From Bigelowiella natans CCMP2755 (lineage: Eukaryota > Protista > Cercozoa), in contig ADNK01001927.1 in assembly GCA_000320545.1 (NCBI GenBank), positions 62,001-126,000 of the forward strand: 64,000 bases of DNA, read 5' to 3'. A program made the position numbers and the translations under genes. Below, piece after piece: positions 11,774 through 24,874 of this stretch (positions are counted from its first letter, which is position 1; each line of letters starts with the position of its first letter). The notes under the pieces were generated by a model, which ran no database searches, was not told where the DNA came from, and was given only the letters and a program-made list of their open reading frames with translations.

Positions 11774-12689
11774 GCGACGTTGTCGACCTCACTAGCTCAC
11801 ATGGACGCTTTTGTGTTTGCATTGAATCATTTGATTGCATCTACTAGTCTAGCTGTTGCATGAAGCATGTAACAGCTGAAACAAATCGACCTAGCGACGC
11901 AGTGTGAGCGCTCTAGCGCTGTGGCTACTGCTAGCTAGCTAGTGCTAGAGTGCTGCTCTGCACAGCTAGCTTGACAAGCTAGAGCTACACACGAGGATGA
12001 GGTGCGTTGTCACGAAAATGTTTGACCACATCCATCATTGCATGTCCATTTGATGTGCGACGTGCACACAGAGAGTATGGCATTGAAAAGCATGATGTGC
12101 ATGACAGCTAGTCTAGACCAGGAGACAGCGCTAGCATGCTAGCATGGCTAGCTCTAGAGCTAGCTAGCTAGCTAGATTGCGCAGCGTCGACCACAGCGTT
12201 TGCACACGTGCCTGCAGACGTTGGATGCACGTGCTTGAACGCCGTGGTCACTGCGACGACGAACGCAAGATGAATTATATGACTAGCTCACATCTAGTCA
12301 GTTAATAGTGGTCGTCCTGGCCTGGCTGATGGATGATGACGAATGCTAGAATGGCCTTTCGCAAGTTTCGCACAAATTCGTCGATTCTTCCACTCAATTA
12401 AAGTGTTTGAATAAGAGTTGGCACACCCAAGCTCGCTTCTTCACACAGAATGTTTTAAATTCGCTCTCCATGATACAGAATCGCATCTAGAATCACTTCT
12501 AGCTGGCAACTTTCACATGTATAAGTAACAACAATGCAACATTGTTTCACGTACGTGTTTCACGTACGTGTTTCACTTTTTTCTTTGTACAGTATACTTT
12601 TTCTACATTTCCAATATAGACATGAGGGGATAGGCAAGATGATAAGTACCCATCCATACTAAGATAATCATGCCTTTGAGTTTGGTGCG

Positions 12690-12866
12690 TCAGTATTCGT
12701 CACTATCTTTATACATGACTGTTTCAACTCCGAACTTATTTAGAACCCACGGAGATATTCTCAAGGCAGCGACACTTAACATCCATATCGCAGCACGTCT
12801 TCCGTACCTCGCGAGATCATCATAAGTGATGTACGCAGGACCAGGCGGTGGCTGTCTGTATTGCAT
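12690..12866 (-). CDS. Small single-TM protein resembling mitochondrial import subunit TOM5
   Basis: 58 aa from ATG 12866. Segment IWMLSVAALRISPWVLNKF resembles the TOM5 TM/Pro motif (metazoan FLIYVALLRVTPFILKKL, recalled from memory). Confidence 0.55.
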   Translation of the reverse strand: MQYRQPPPGPAYITYDDLARYGRRAAIWMLSVAALRISPWVLNKFGVETVMYKDSDEY

Positions 12867-13761
12867 TTCTAGGTATGATGCAAGCATAGAGGGAAAAAAA
12901 AAGAGTCAGAGACACATTGAGGGCTTATAAGAATTCGAAATTATTTGTGATACAGGTCTAAAATTGAGAATAGAGGCCTTAGTCGAGGGACCCCTCTACA
13001 TTGACATGAGGAACCTTGATGCGTGGTGCGGCGTCCCCACCAAAACCGCCGACAAGTTAAATTCTTTGAAATCTTGTGCGAGGAAATCGGGCTCTTTCTT
13101 ACTCTAATGAACGATTATATTTGTCGTATTATAAAAAGAGCATTGATTATCACCCGATTTAGGATTTCCCATCTCCTCCATAGACTCTAATTCATAATCC
13201 ATCTTTTTCTTCTTCGACTTCAACAGTGCCTGTGATGGGCCCGAACCCTTTCTCATTCTAGGAATACGATGTACCCTCCCCGTGGGCAATTCCATGTACC
13301 CTCCGAGTAACACAATCTCATTCCCAGTAAACCACCCCAACCCAAATCGGCCTGCGTCCTAGCGACCCGTTTGCCCCACCCTGGTCTGGCTGATTTCCTC
13401 GTGCGCTACCTTGTTTGCATGTTTGCAGCCACTTCGTCTACAACTTCAGTTTGCCGACCCTCTCAGAATTTTTAAAGAGTTCAAGAAGGAGGAGAGGAGA
13501 CGTAAAAAGAATAGGAAAACATATTCAGCAACTTGAGGGCGACGATGAGTATTTGGTCAGGACTACGAGGAGGACGAGGAGGCGAATACGTTAGAATTTT
13601 CTTAAGAAATCCTGGCAACGCCACGATTGAATGCAATTTCGTGTGACATTTCTAGAGACCAAACCAATACCTAATCTCATACAATAGAAGATAGAAAAAG
13701 TGGATACTCAACAGCCTAGAGGTGGTGCTGCAGTCAAGCAGAGGGTTATCTTAGTGGTTAT

Positions 13762-14147
13762 GAAAGGGTTTAACCATCCAGATATCTCCGTTGATCGTGA
13801 AAGAAGAAGCTTCAACTTAAGATTCAAAATAAGAAATGGAAACTGATGGCTAGGATTAAGGGAATGAATTCTTGAATGAGGGATGGGGATGAGGAAGGGC
13901 TAACAGAGGGTCCGGGTAGAAATGAGGAGAAAGAGGATAAGGGGGGAAATCTTCAAATGGGAACATGAAAACCGAGGTTCTGCAAACAGTAGAGGACGAC
14001 GACGAGAACAAGGCCCCAAAAGAAGACGGAGGAAACTCGAAAGGGTTTAACCATCCAGATATCTCTGTTGGTTCGGAAAAGAATAAGCTTCAACTCAAGT
14101 TATAGATTCAAAATAAGAAATGGAAACTAATAGCTAGGATTAAGGGT
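13762..14147 (+). repeat. Diverged ~100-bp direct repeat (13762-13862 and 14039-14147)
   Basis: GAAAGGGTTTAACCATCCAGATATCTC...GATTCAAAATAAGAAATGGAAACT...GCTAGGATTAAGGG occurs twice. Confidence 0.8.
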
Positions 14148-14701
14148 ATTATATGTATAGCATCTATAATCGTTTCCCCAGCGCTACAGCTGTTCATTCA
14201 CACATTCACATGCAGCTTTGCAATGCAAACAAATGAGCGTGCGTGCATTGTGTCCACAGTCACAAACATGTGTGATTCCGTGTCAATTGCAATCGTCATG
14301 CGAAGCGTTGCACAGCCTTGATGAACACTATCCGCACAACGTTTGCACACAATGCTTGCTGCATCTAGCCGATGCCGAAGCAGGCAGTAGCACCCATGTC
14401 CTCACAATATTGTGGTGTGGTGTGCGGCCTCGATGAGAGCTATTCGCAAAGAGTCACAGAAAAGCAAAGCAAAAAGTTGCAAACATGCGCTGCTGACATG
14501 GTGCACTGCATCTAGGTCTAAAATTGCTCACGTTCATGCATGCTAAGCACACATGGGATTCGTGATGCAACGAGAGTTACTCGCGACTTTCAATTTCAAC
14601 ATTTCATTAAATCATGCAAGCTAGCAAGAGGACGAAGGGGAAGAAAGGGCGACTGCACGTGCGGTTCGGCGACGGGGTGGGATCATTCGCAAAGGGCACC
14701 A

Positions 14702-15646
14702 TCAAAGTGTGGAAGTGTAACGATCCATGTCTGTGAATCTAGGAGGCACAGACGGAGTAGCTGTTCGCATCTTCATGATTCTTGATGTTGCTTGGATGGC
14801 ATAACTGCAACTGTCTCTGCAAGGTGTAAATGTCATCGAAGTGTGCTCCTCAAAGCCGTACCCTTTTCCAGTCGCGATGGCATCTTGATTTGCTCCCAAA
14901 AAGAATGCTGTGAAATTCTTTCCCTTGCGAGCCTTTTCAAGCTCCCGCTTGAGAGCTTCAGCGTTCTTCAAGGACATGTTGTCCTGTCCGTCTGTAAGAA
15001 GCATGAAATTTTGGACAATCTTTCCAGAGGCCTTCTCATCTTGTATTCCTTCTAAGCCCTGCAGGTGCGATTCGACATTAGATTCCAGATGTCCTAACCG
15101 TTCAAAGGCTGTATCAATTAGCCTGGTCAGTCCTCTTGGCTTGAGCCAACTTTTCAAGTCCTTGTACGCTGGCAAGTGGGTTTTCAAAATATCAACATTC
15201 TCTAAACGTATCTCCGCCTCATTATCGAAAGTGGTCAATGAAACGAAAGTCGGAACTTTCGTCTCTTCTGCTGTTTTCTTTTGCTCGACTAGGAGATTGA
15301 ATACTTGCTCCACGGTGCCAGATCCCATAGCGGACATTGAGCCTGACCGGTCAATCACGATCTCTACGAAAGTTGCTATTGGTGGCTCAGCACTCGGTGT
15401 AGTTTGCTTCGATAAGGAAGCTGATTTGGCCATTGCCGGAGATTTTGGAGTTTCAGGGAGCTGGACCCATTCATTTTCTTCGACAGCTAGACCACCTCTC
15501 TTAGAAGTCATCCCCTCTCGAGGTTTCTCACGATTGTGGTCTTCATCGTTCCTTTTGACTGTTTTGGTGTGTTGCTGACGTATTGATGACATGTCTACGA
15601 TCGGCTTGGGGTCGTCTGTGTTCAGGTTGTGGTCGTCTGTGTTCAA
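14702..15646 (-). CDS. von Willebrand factor A domain protein (true start uncertain)
   Basis: MIDAS motif VIDRSGSM, then LTTFD, PRGLTRLID, LLTDGQDN, FFLGANQDA; the domain lies in one exon. Confidence 0.85.
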   Translation of the reverse strand: MNTDDHNLNTDDPKPIVDMSSIRQQHTKTVKRNDEDHNREKPREGMTSKRGGLAVEENEWVQLPETPKSPAMAKSASLSKQTTPSAEPPIATFVEIVIDRSGSMSAMGSGTVEQVFNLLVEQKKTAEETKVPTFVSLTTFDNEAEIRLENVDILKTHLPAYKDLKSWLKPRGLTRLIDTAFERLGHLESNVESHLQGLEGIQDEKASGKIVQNFMLLTDGQDNMSLKNAEALKRELEKARKGKNFTAFFLGANQDAIATGKGYGFEEHTSMTFTPCRDSCSYAIQATSRIMKMRTATPSVPPRFTDMDRYTSTL

Positions 15647-16034
15647 GTTGTGGTCTACGTTCGGGTTATGGTGGATGATGATGATGATGCCTTGTTGGCT
15701 TTCTTCATTACCATATCGGCTGAAGGGCTGAGAGAAGGAATTAACTCGTCCTCGGCTTTGGAAAAATGAGGTGAAACGGAGGCGATTTCCTCCTTTAAAT
15801 GGCCCCTTATCTCATGTTCATCCAATTCTCGGGACAGAAGAAATAAGGAAGAAAATAAGCCGCTTGACACACGTATGAATTCCCAGAGCTGGATTACGTG
15901 AAGATCTGCAGCCGATCTTTTATTTTCTCTTAAGTTTCGGCCGTCAATTACTTCGCTGAGGATGTGTAAAATTTGGACAGTATTTTATCGGCAAAACATC
16001 GTGCAGACAGTTTTCTATTCTGTGCACACGCCGA

Positions 16035-17808
16035 ATGGCTGAGGGGTACAAGATCATAGCAATGGCTGCCCTGACAAGCACTCTCGTCCACAGCTTCCCT
16101 CGATTTCCTACTGCTACTTTTAGTAGAATGCGATCTGCACGAAGCTTATCAACTTTCCCCTTTGTCTCGAATCTAGAGCGTGCACGACATCTTTCAGGTT
16201 TGCTGTCGCCGACTGACTTCCTTGGTGGCATCGTTGTATTCATCACTCATTTGTTGTTACAGGGCGTGTGTTTGCACATGACATTGGAATATTAATTCAG
16301 CGACCTCTTCGAACATCAGGTGATAGAAGAAATATAATGATCATATGTCGGTAATCGATAAGGGAGGCCTTGTGATGTTTTGTAGCTCGGTTAGCAGCAC
16401 TTGCTGCGTCGTTTGCGACTGGTATTTCCGTTGCAGCGGCTAGAGCAGAAGAAGAGGCCTGCAAGCAGCCTGGATCTGAAATGCTTGCTTATCCAATATG
16501 GCGTCAAGAATTGCAACGATCTATCGACATTGAAAAGGATCAGCCAACCTCCAAGTTCATGACCCTGGCCACAGTTGCCAACAACGAGCCAAGGGCGAGG
16601 ACGGTGGTTTTCAGGTAGTGTCGTTCTTTCTTTAAAAGTAAAAGTCTCTGGATATTCATAGATATGCTATGTTCTGAACGGAGCGGCCCTAGTATTTAAT
16701 CTCTCAATTTTTTACAGGGGTTTCCTGGAGGAGAATAGTGATACACACAATGCGTTGAAAATAATCACAGACATTCGAAGGTTGCATATAAAAATGTAAT
16801 GTTGATTTATCTCAATGTGTGTATATGTGCATATTGGTAATAATATGATACTAACAAAATCATTTGTTTAGTGATAAGATCGAAGAGATCCGTGCAAATC
16901 CTAAAGCAGAAATAATGTGGTACTTTCTTGACACAAGGTCGTTGAATCACGCGTTCATTGCAAATCACACGATGAGGGCCCGATTGCTGCTGCTGTTGAA
17001 TAAACGATTTTAGGGAACAATTCCGTATCAGAGGCGAGCTACAAATTATAGCTTGGGATGAAAAGGATGAAGAGAAGTAACCGACAGTGAGACGTAGTTG
17101 TAAACTTTGGTGAGTTTCATCAAACTTTGATGTCGTAGGAGTATGTGGAGGGAGAACCAGTGGAAAAGCATTTCTTCTGGAATGAAACAGTCTTATGAGT
17201 GGCCTTCTCCAGGTGTTTGTTTCCCGAGATTCTTTAAGTTACGAATGTGTCTATTCTACAACGCACCACTGTTGCTTTGTCTCAGGTGTTCAACGGGACT
17301 CTGATGCCAATGACCAGGTTAAAAGTCACCATTTTGCAAAATGATGATATACAACACCACACTCAATTCATTTCCTGCTTCTCAGAGCGATTTTCTGGAT
17401 CCTAGCCCCTCAGAGAGACCGAGGTATTCTTTGTCATTCTGCTTATCAGAGATGATAAATCACTATAAATTGGTTTCTATTAGCCGCAATTTCGCTCTGC
17501 TCCTTATGACACCAAGCACTGTTGATGTCGTCAAGCTCAGAGAGAAACCCCAACTGAGACACGTAATATTAGTACATCAAATAATTAGGGTAGGGTTGTT
17601 CGCATCATCAAACTACCACAGACATCATTCTTTATTCTTTTTTGAACTCTCGATTTGTCAAATGCTCGCACTATCGAAAACCAGTCGTCATTTGTTATCG
17701 ACGTCACTCCAACATGATGAAATTGGTTGATATCTTCCTGCGTTACGCATATAGGTTCATACGTTAAACCCAGAAGGTCATTGGAATGCGCAACGAGTAA
17801 ATCCTTGA
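16035..17808 (+). CDS. Pyridoxamine 5'-phosphate oxidase-related FMN-binding protein with a bipartite (signal + transit-like) leader
   Basis: Spliced translation gives FMTLATV..NEPRARTVVFRGF, ITDIRSDK, AEIMWYF..REQFRIRG, NFALLLMTP..VD, W.AQRVNP-stop (17808). N-terminus is hydrophobic, then Ser/Arg-rich. Confidence 0.85.
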
Positions 17809-18932
17809 GCATTCGCATTGTTGTGACTTCGCATGAAACACAGTTAGCACCTCACATACGCGCACAGTGCTTCACACATGGCGATTGAGAAGTGATGAGC
17901 GAATATTTGTGCACAATGCCCGGCTTTAATGAATATTTTCGTGCTACGTCGATTCAACATGACGCAAGGATTGCATTTATTTCTGCCAAAATGCGAGGCG
18001 ACGACTTGATCGAGACGTTCGATGCAATGAATGACTTTCAAAATAAGAATCAACAAGCAACATACTGCGCAGCGCTCTCATGCATGTGTGTGTGTGTGTG
18101 TGTGTGTGTGCACCCCGCATCGCATATGCATATTTTCTGTGCAGTAGTGTGCCTAGAAGTACCTAGCTACATGTCTGTATAGACGTTACGTGACCGTCTT
18201 ATAATTACGTGTCTATAATTCTTAGTTAGCTAGTACGTGCGATTACGGGTGGAATGACGACTATCTGGGCGGACTGTCTAGCTAGCTAGCCGTTTTCACA
18301 CTTTTAACATAACTGCGCAACATCTAAAAATGGATGCCCTACAACGATAACGCTTTGCAATCGCACATTGTTCATAAGCATGTGTTGGTGTGATTTGCGT
18401 ATAATAATAGTCATTCCACGTAAATAATAACAAAGCACAAGCAAAGCATTGACACTGCAGCAGCATTTGTGATGCCTAATTCAATGTGGCATTACTAGAT
18501 TAGAAAAGCTACTAGCCATGGCTTGTAAAGCAAACATGCTATTACGGATATCCCAAGCTAGCATGTACATAACTGCTTGCAAAAACATGAACTAGATATA
18601 AGCTAGATAAGACTTGCGTATAGAGATAGGCAGGGCAGTTCAAAATAAGAACTACTATCTCGATCACATTTAGACATTGCCACACCACGTGACAAGTGGA
18701 CCAGCAGCATGCAGTAATGACGAATTCTAAACATTGCTAAATTGGCAGTACATGTCATGACAATATATGCATTGTGGCAAATTGCGTGTTATAATCCACA
18801 AAGCTAGAAGGTGCCGTAGGGTGAGCCGTTTCAACGGCAAAGCAATATGCAGCATTAACGAACATTGCACACATAGTCAGATCGCTTACTTTTTAAAGAA
18901 CTTTCATCATCTCAAAGTTATAAAGCTGTTTC

Positions 18933-19481
18933 CTATCTATTGAAATACGCCAACACTGCAGCACCAGTTGATATGACAAGCACTCCGTTGCCAAGCCTGA
19001 GCAGTAGTAGCATTTGCCTCATCAGCCTCATGATGGACAACATCAAACACTCGTCACTACTACCATGCGGAACAAACCCCCACCCTCATGTGCTGATGAC
19101 CGATCATTCACGGTTATATGGATGATAGGACTCTTCGTTAGCCATTGAGCATGGCCTCCAAAAGGACAGGAGTGCGTGCGTGTGTGTGTGAATGTCGCGG
19201 GTGTGATTATTGTGGGTATGGGTGCCAAACTGATGCTCTTACTTCCGAAGCAGTTCATATCGCGACTCTATTTTACGCAGCTGAATTAAGTAGAAGGCAA
19301 AGGAATCATTGGGTTGTTGACCAAGTATAACAATATACGGCACAGTGATGTCAATCATACTGTCGTATCGTTTAATGCTACATGAATTAAATATATCGTG
19401 AGAACATATATCCCCCCCTCCCCATTTTCTCGTCAATTTGCCTCCTTCGCTTTTTCGGCCCTCCTCCTCCTCCTCCTACTG

Positions 19482-19514
<33 letters not shown>

Positions 19515-19979
19515 GTCGGTTCTCATGGAGTATTTCGTCAGCAACTTCGTAGTTTAATTCACTCCTCATACGCTCCTCCAAGATACTGGTGTTTCTCAAG
19601 ACAGCTTCGATCTGATTGATAAACATGTTACACGTAGTGATTGAAAGATACATCAAGAGAGCTGATCGAATCAATCTTCTTCATTAAGGAATACCGCTTT
19701 ATCCTCCTGCAGACGCGACGAATGAAGCTCTGAAAGACTGCGCCATATTATACCAAATTATGCGAAATAGAATGGACTATTGTTGTAATGTCAAAGAACT
19801 CGTCGCTAGAAACTACTACATACAGAGGTTTGCCGCTAATTGGCTCAGGAGACGCCGATATACCGTACCTAATCGAAGCAGTTGTCAAATAAAATGAGCA
19901 ACAAAACATTATTGTCACTTTATCAATTTGATTTCTTTTCGTCTGAGTCATTGTCGTTGTTAGAAGTAAAGAAACGCAG

Positions 19980-20018
<39 letters not shown>

Positions 20019-20290
20019 TAAATATAATATCCTCTGTAGTCAGCAGCAGCACACGTCAAAGTAGTAGCTGGAAGAGCATAGCTATGCAGTATATAGTGGT
20101 GTTGGTAATGTCACGAGCCATGAAAGGAAGGATAAGATTAGGTCCGATGTAGCGTGTAGCGATGATGATAGTAGTAATATATACTAATCATGACTTAATC
20201 ATTTTATCTCTTAGATCGGCCATTTCCCTGCGCTTCTCATTTATATCCATCAGCCCTGTTGTCGTTCATTAATAATTCAGTGAACCATCG

Positions 20291-20327
<37 letters not shown>

Positions 20328-20489
20328 CAGCACGACAACCTAAATGCTATCAAGGTGCTTGTAGGAGTGAAAGGAGGAAGGGCTTGAGTGTGTATGATGG
20401 TATTACTACTACTACTACTACTACTACTACTGCGCAAACCTCTTCTATGCTTACGCTCAATCACGATTGCGGCCTCAGCATCACTAAGG

Positions 20490-20530
<41 letters not shown>

Positions 20531-20819
20531 TGGTGATAGTGGTGGTAGTAGTAGTAGTAATAGTAGTAGTAGTAGCAGTAGTGAATGGCTGCTGTGGTTA
20601 TATAGTACGGGCGCACGCACTATGGCCATGGTACTGCTGCTACTGCTCAGTCACCACTAACTAACTAACTAACAACAACAACTACAACAACAACAACTAC
20701 TACTACTACTACTACTACAATACGTTGGTACCTTGCAAGATCTATGGCATGACGATTATTAGCCGATGTGATGACCTTTTCTACGGCTGGCATGGACTCT
20801 ATCGAGTCAATCTTCGGAT

Positions 20820-20851
<32 letters not shown>

Positions 20852-21374
20852 ACCGTTCATCAGTAAGAGATCCGAATATCATAATCACAGATTTAAATTA
20901 GGATTATGCATTCTTTTACCACAATGTGGTATTGGGAGGGATTTAACCAAACCGTCATCGTCATCGTCATCATCCATCCTCATCATCATCATCATCATTG
21001 CCATCTTAATCATCTCGCTACTACTACTAACATTTCTGCGAGCAGCCTCTAACTGAAGGAACTTTAAGCGTAGGATTCGATCTAGAAAGCGATGGTTTTA
21101 TCAGTACGTACTTGCCACAACAGCAGTACACAAATAGTAATAATAACAATAATAACACACGTTAAAAGTACATGCTCCTTACACACAATACCTACAACAA
21201 CCCTAGGAACAAACAAACACACATTATAAAAGAGAGATGTCACAAATTTTTTTTTGGTTTCTTTCTCGCTGTGGATCGGGTTGGTTTATAACGCCGTGAA
21301 TCGGGTTGGTTTACAACTCTATATTGTCGTGTCTATAGTTCTTACTGTAATCAATGGATACAATGGTCCCCAGT

Positions 21375-21407
<33 letters not shown>

Positions 21408-21503
21408 GTCATCGATACCCATCAATAATCCAAAGGCCATGTGATGCCGCACCACCTTAGCTTCTAACTAAATGTAGTAGTAGTACCCAGTAATGCAACC
21501 GCC

Positions 21504-21544
<41 letters not shown>

Positions 21545-22804
21545 ATGTCTTAATATTTTGACGACGCTTGAAAAATATACCCTGTTTTCTCCCTCTAATC
21601 CATTCTTCTTCTTCTTCTTCTTCTTCTTCTTCTTGTTCCTCCGAGTAAGACTTCTTTTTACTACCACAACTACTACTACTGCCATATTCCTATTACAACT
21701 ACTACTACCATTATATACAAATGACATACAACAAACTACAACACTGATACTACTTTATTTTCAGCTATATCTTGCCACGAATACGGCAAAGCATCTTCCT
21801 TAACACCTGCCAACACCAATGATAAAACACAGAGATACAACTGATGAAGAATACGATTTAGAGATGATGATGGGGTGACGGCTTTCTCAGAATACCATAA
21901 ACACAAGGAGGAGTGTAGATGTCATTTGTGACTACTGCTATTTAACAACAACCACAACAACGACGATGACGACGCAGCAGGAAGGTATGGCTAACAACAA
22001 CACAAGACACACTACTCAGTACTACCATCATTTGGACTGACGCCATTGAACAAGTACGTGTAGAACCCTCCCCTAGTGAAAGGATCAATATCAACACATC
22101 ATATAAATATCTTCCTTCAACCATGCAGGTGCTCTACTACGGATATCCACCAACACGACCTCCTCCTCCTCTTCTTCCCTTCTTTATCTTCGCCGCTGCT
22201 ACTACCACTACTACTACTACTGCTACTACTACTACCACCACCACCACCACTACTACAACTACTACAACTACTATAATTCCTATAAATTACATGTCCATAT
22301 GAGATAGCGCATTAATAGTGCCTCGATATAGACCTGCCATAGTATAATCAGCAATATGAGGAAAAATAACAAACAATGAGTGCAATACACCAACACTGCT
22401 GTTGTTGTGATTTGCTCAGATGAAGTAAGAAGAAGCGAAGGAAAGAAGAGGCGGCCATTGATGCAGGTATTGTATCATATCAGCGCCATACTAATAGTAG
22501 TAAATAAGTAATACATGTGTTCTTTGGCAAAAAAACACAGGAACAAGTTTTGATGATGATGATAATGATGATGATGATAATGATGGTGATGATAATGATG
22601 ATGACTAGTACACACAAGAGTCATTGGCAGCTTTGACTCCATCACTAATTATGATAAAAAGTATTAAATATATAGATATATAAAGCTCAATAGATCAGGA
22701 TTATCTTTCTGACTAAAAATAGAAAAACGTGCTGCAAAACAGGTATTGGCATTTGCTGCAAAACAGTTATTGATGTTCCTCAAATCATTGTCATCAGCAT
22801 CATC

Positions 22805-22835
<31 letters not shown>

Positions 22836-24114
22836 TTGCAGCATCTTATACTTATTATTGTTGTTTCATACCGGTGTTCTCCAGTTTTTAAATTGCGACT
22901 GTACCCCTTCTATGCTCATAATCACCCACGTAGTAGCAGCAGTAGTAATAGTAGTGATAGTAGCGCATGATGGTGAGAAAATGGTGGAAGATGAAGAAGA
23001 AGAAAGAAAAGAGGATTATAAGAAGCAGCTGTCGTGTCATCATGTTGTTGATTCAATTCGTTGTGTTTAGAGATGTGGCCACGATTTACTATGTTATCTA
23101 TCTGCAGTGGGAGATGGGAGGACCACACTACTACTAACTTCTTACCCCTGTCTTTGGATCTATTCTGAACTCCCAATACATGTCGTTCACTGATGCTGAA
23201 CAGTACTAAAGAGGAGGATACAGCAATAAGAAGATAAAAAAGACAAAGGCGAAGAAGAAAAAGAAGATTAGGCGCAAGTAACAGCAATATTTATTACAAA
23301 CAAATAATGATGATATCATCAGCTGTTTTGGAAGACACGTTGCTTGCTATTAATACCTGGAAATAAACGACTGAGATTATCAATATTGCAAAGAGCAACA
23401 AGCCAGCTCTCTGCGACCAGGGCTCCTTTCCTGCCTAATGTTGTAATGGTATCATTCATTTAGGTACAGCGACAAGAGCTTAAAAGATTATCATCATCAT
23501 CTTCATTTTATAGCAGCAAGTTGTCTCTATGCGTGTCAATAAACGGTGAATGTGTGTTTGTAGGTGCATGGGAGAGAAAGAGGAAGAGGAAGAGAGAGGG
23601 AGGGGGGGGGGGGGGGGGGGGATATATAATTGATAAATGTGTTGCAAAAGCAGTGAAACAACCCCTGTGAGTGTTTCAACTAGAAGGTAGTGAATGCCCA
23701 TCCCTAAATCGATCGATCGATGGTGGTGAGAAATAAGAACAAGAACACACATAACCATTAGAATACAACACAATAATATATGTGAAGAAATTGCTCAATC
23801 AAAAACGATGATGATGCTGAAGTTCCGACGTCATCATTATCATGATCATCATGATCTTATCTTTTGTGAATAATGGTGATACGTAGTCGCACACAGCAGG
23901 CACCATCATCGTCTATGTATGCTATTAGTATGTAGCCGAATGCATGCTATTGACCTGCACAAAATCCAATGGGAATACCCACCTGTTTGACCAAGGGGTG
24001 CGGAAGGAAAGGAGGAGAAGAAGGACGAGGAGGAGGAGGAGGAGGAGGAGGAAGAGGAGGAGCAACGAGGACACACAATAAATGTTATGACACCCCTCGC
24101 CACACACACACACA

Positions 24115-24163
<49 letters not shown>

Positions 24164-24474
24164 AATAGGTAAGAACTTATCTCTTTCAAACAGAAGAAAG
24201 CTCTCCCCCTCTTTGCAGCAGCAGCAGCAGCAGCAGTGTACGCTGACTGACCGGCAAAAGAATTGCAAGATAAATGTCCCCGAGCCAACTCAAGTTGCCA
24301 TCTACCCCCAGCACCTTGTTTGTGGGGGAGACCGAATTAGAGGAAAGTGGGGTAAGTAAACAACAGACGATTACTATCAAATTGCCATCATCATCATCAT
24401 CACCATCATCGATATTCAAGTGAGGAGTATGATCATAAAGGAAAATTGGGAGGAAAGGGAACATAACAACACTA

Positions 24475-24517
<43 letters not shown>

Positions 24518-24588
24518 TAGAAATTCGTCAGTACAGAATTTTGAAGTTCCTCTGGCCAGCACAACTTGATCTTTATGGAAGATTAGAT

Positions 24589-24621
<33 letters not shown>

Positions 24622-24835
24622 CGATGGTGATTGATGATGGTGACTCATGATATAAGAATAACAATGAGGGTGAGAATGGATGAGTATGCTTCTGAAGCTG
24701 TATCGTCCATCATCATCCACCGTGCTACTACTACTACTACTACTACTACTACTGTAGTGGGTTGATTGCGGTAATAACCATCGAAGGCCAGAATGCAAAG
24801 CAACTCCCTGCAGCAAGTACTCCTACGTTCAGTGG

Positions 24836-24874
<39 letters not shown>

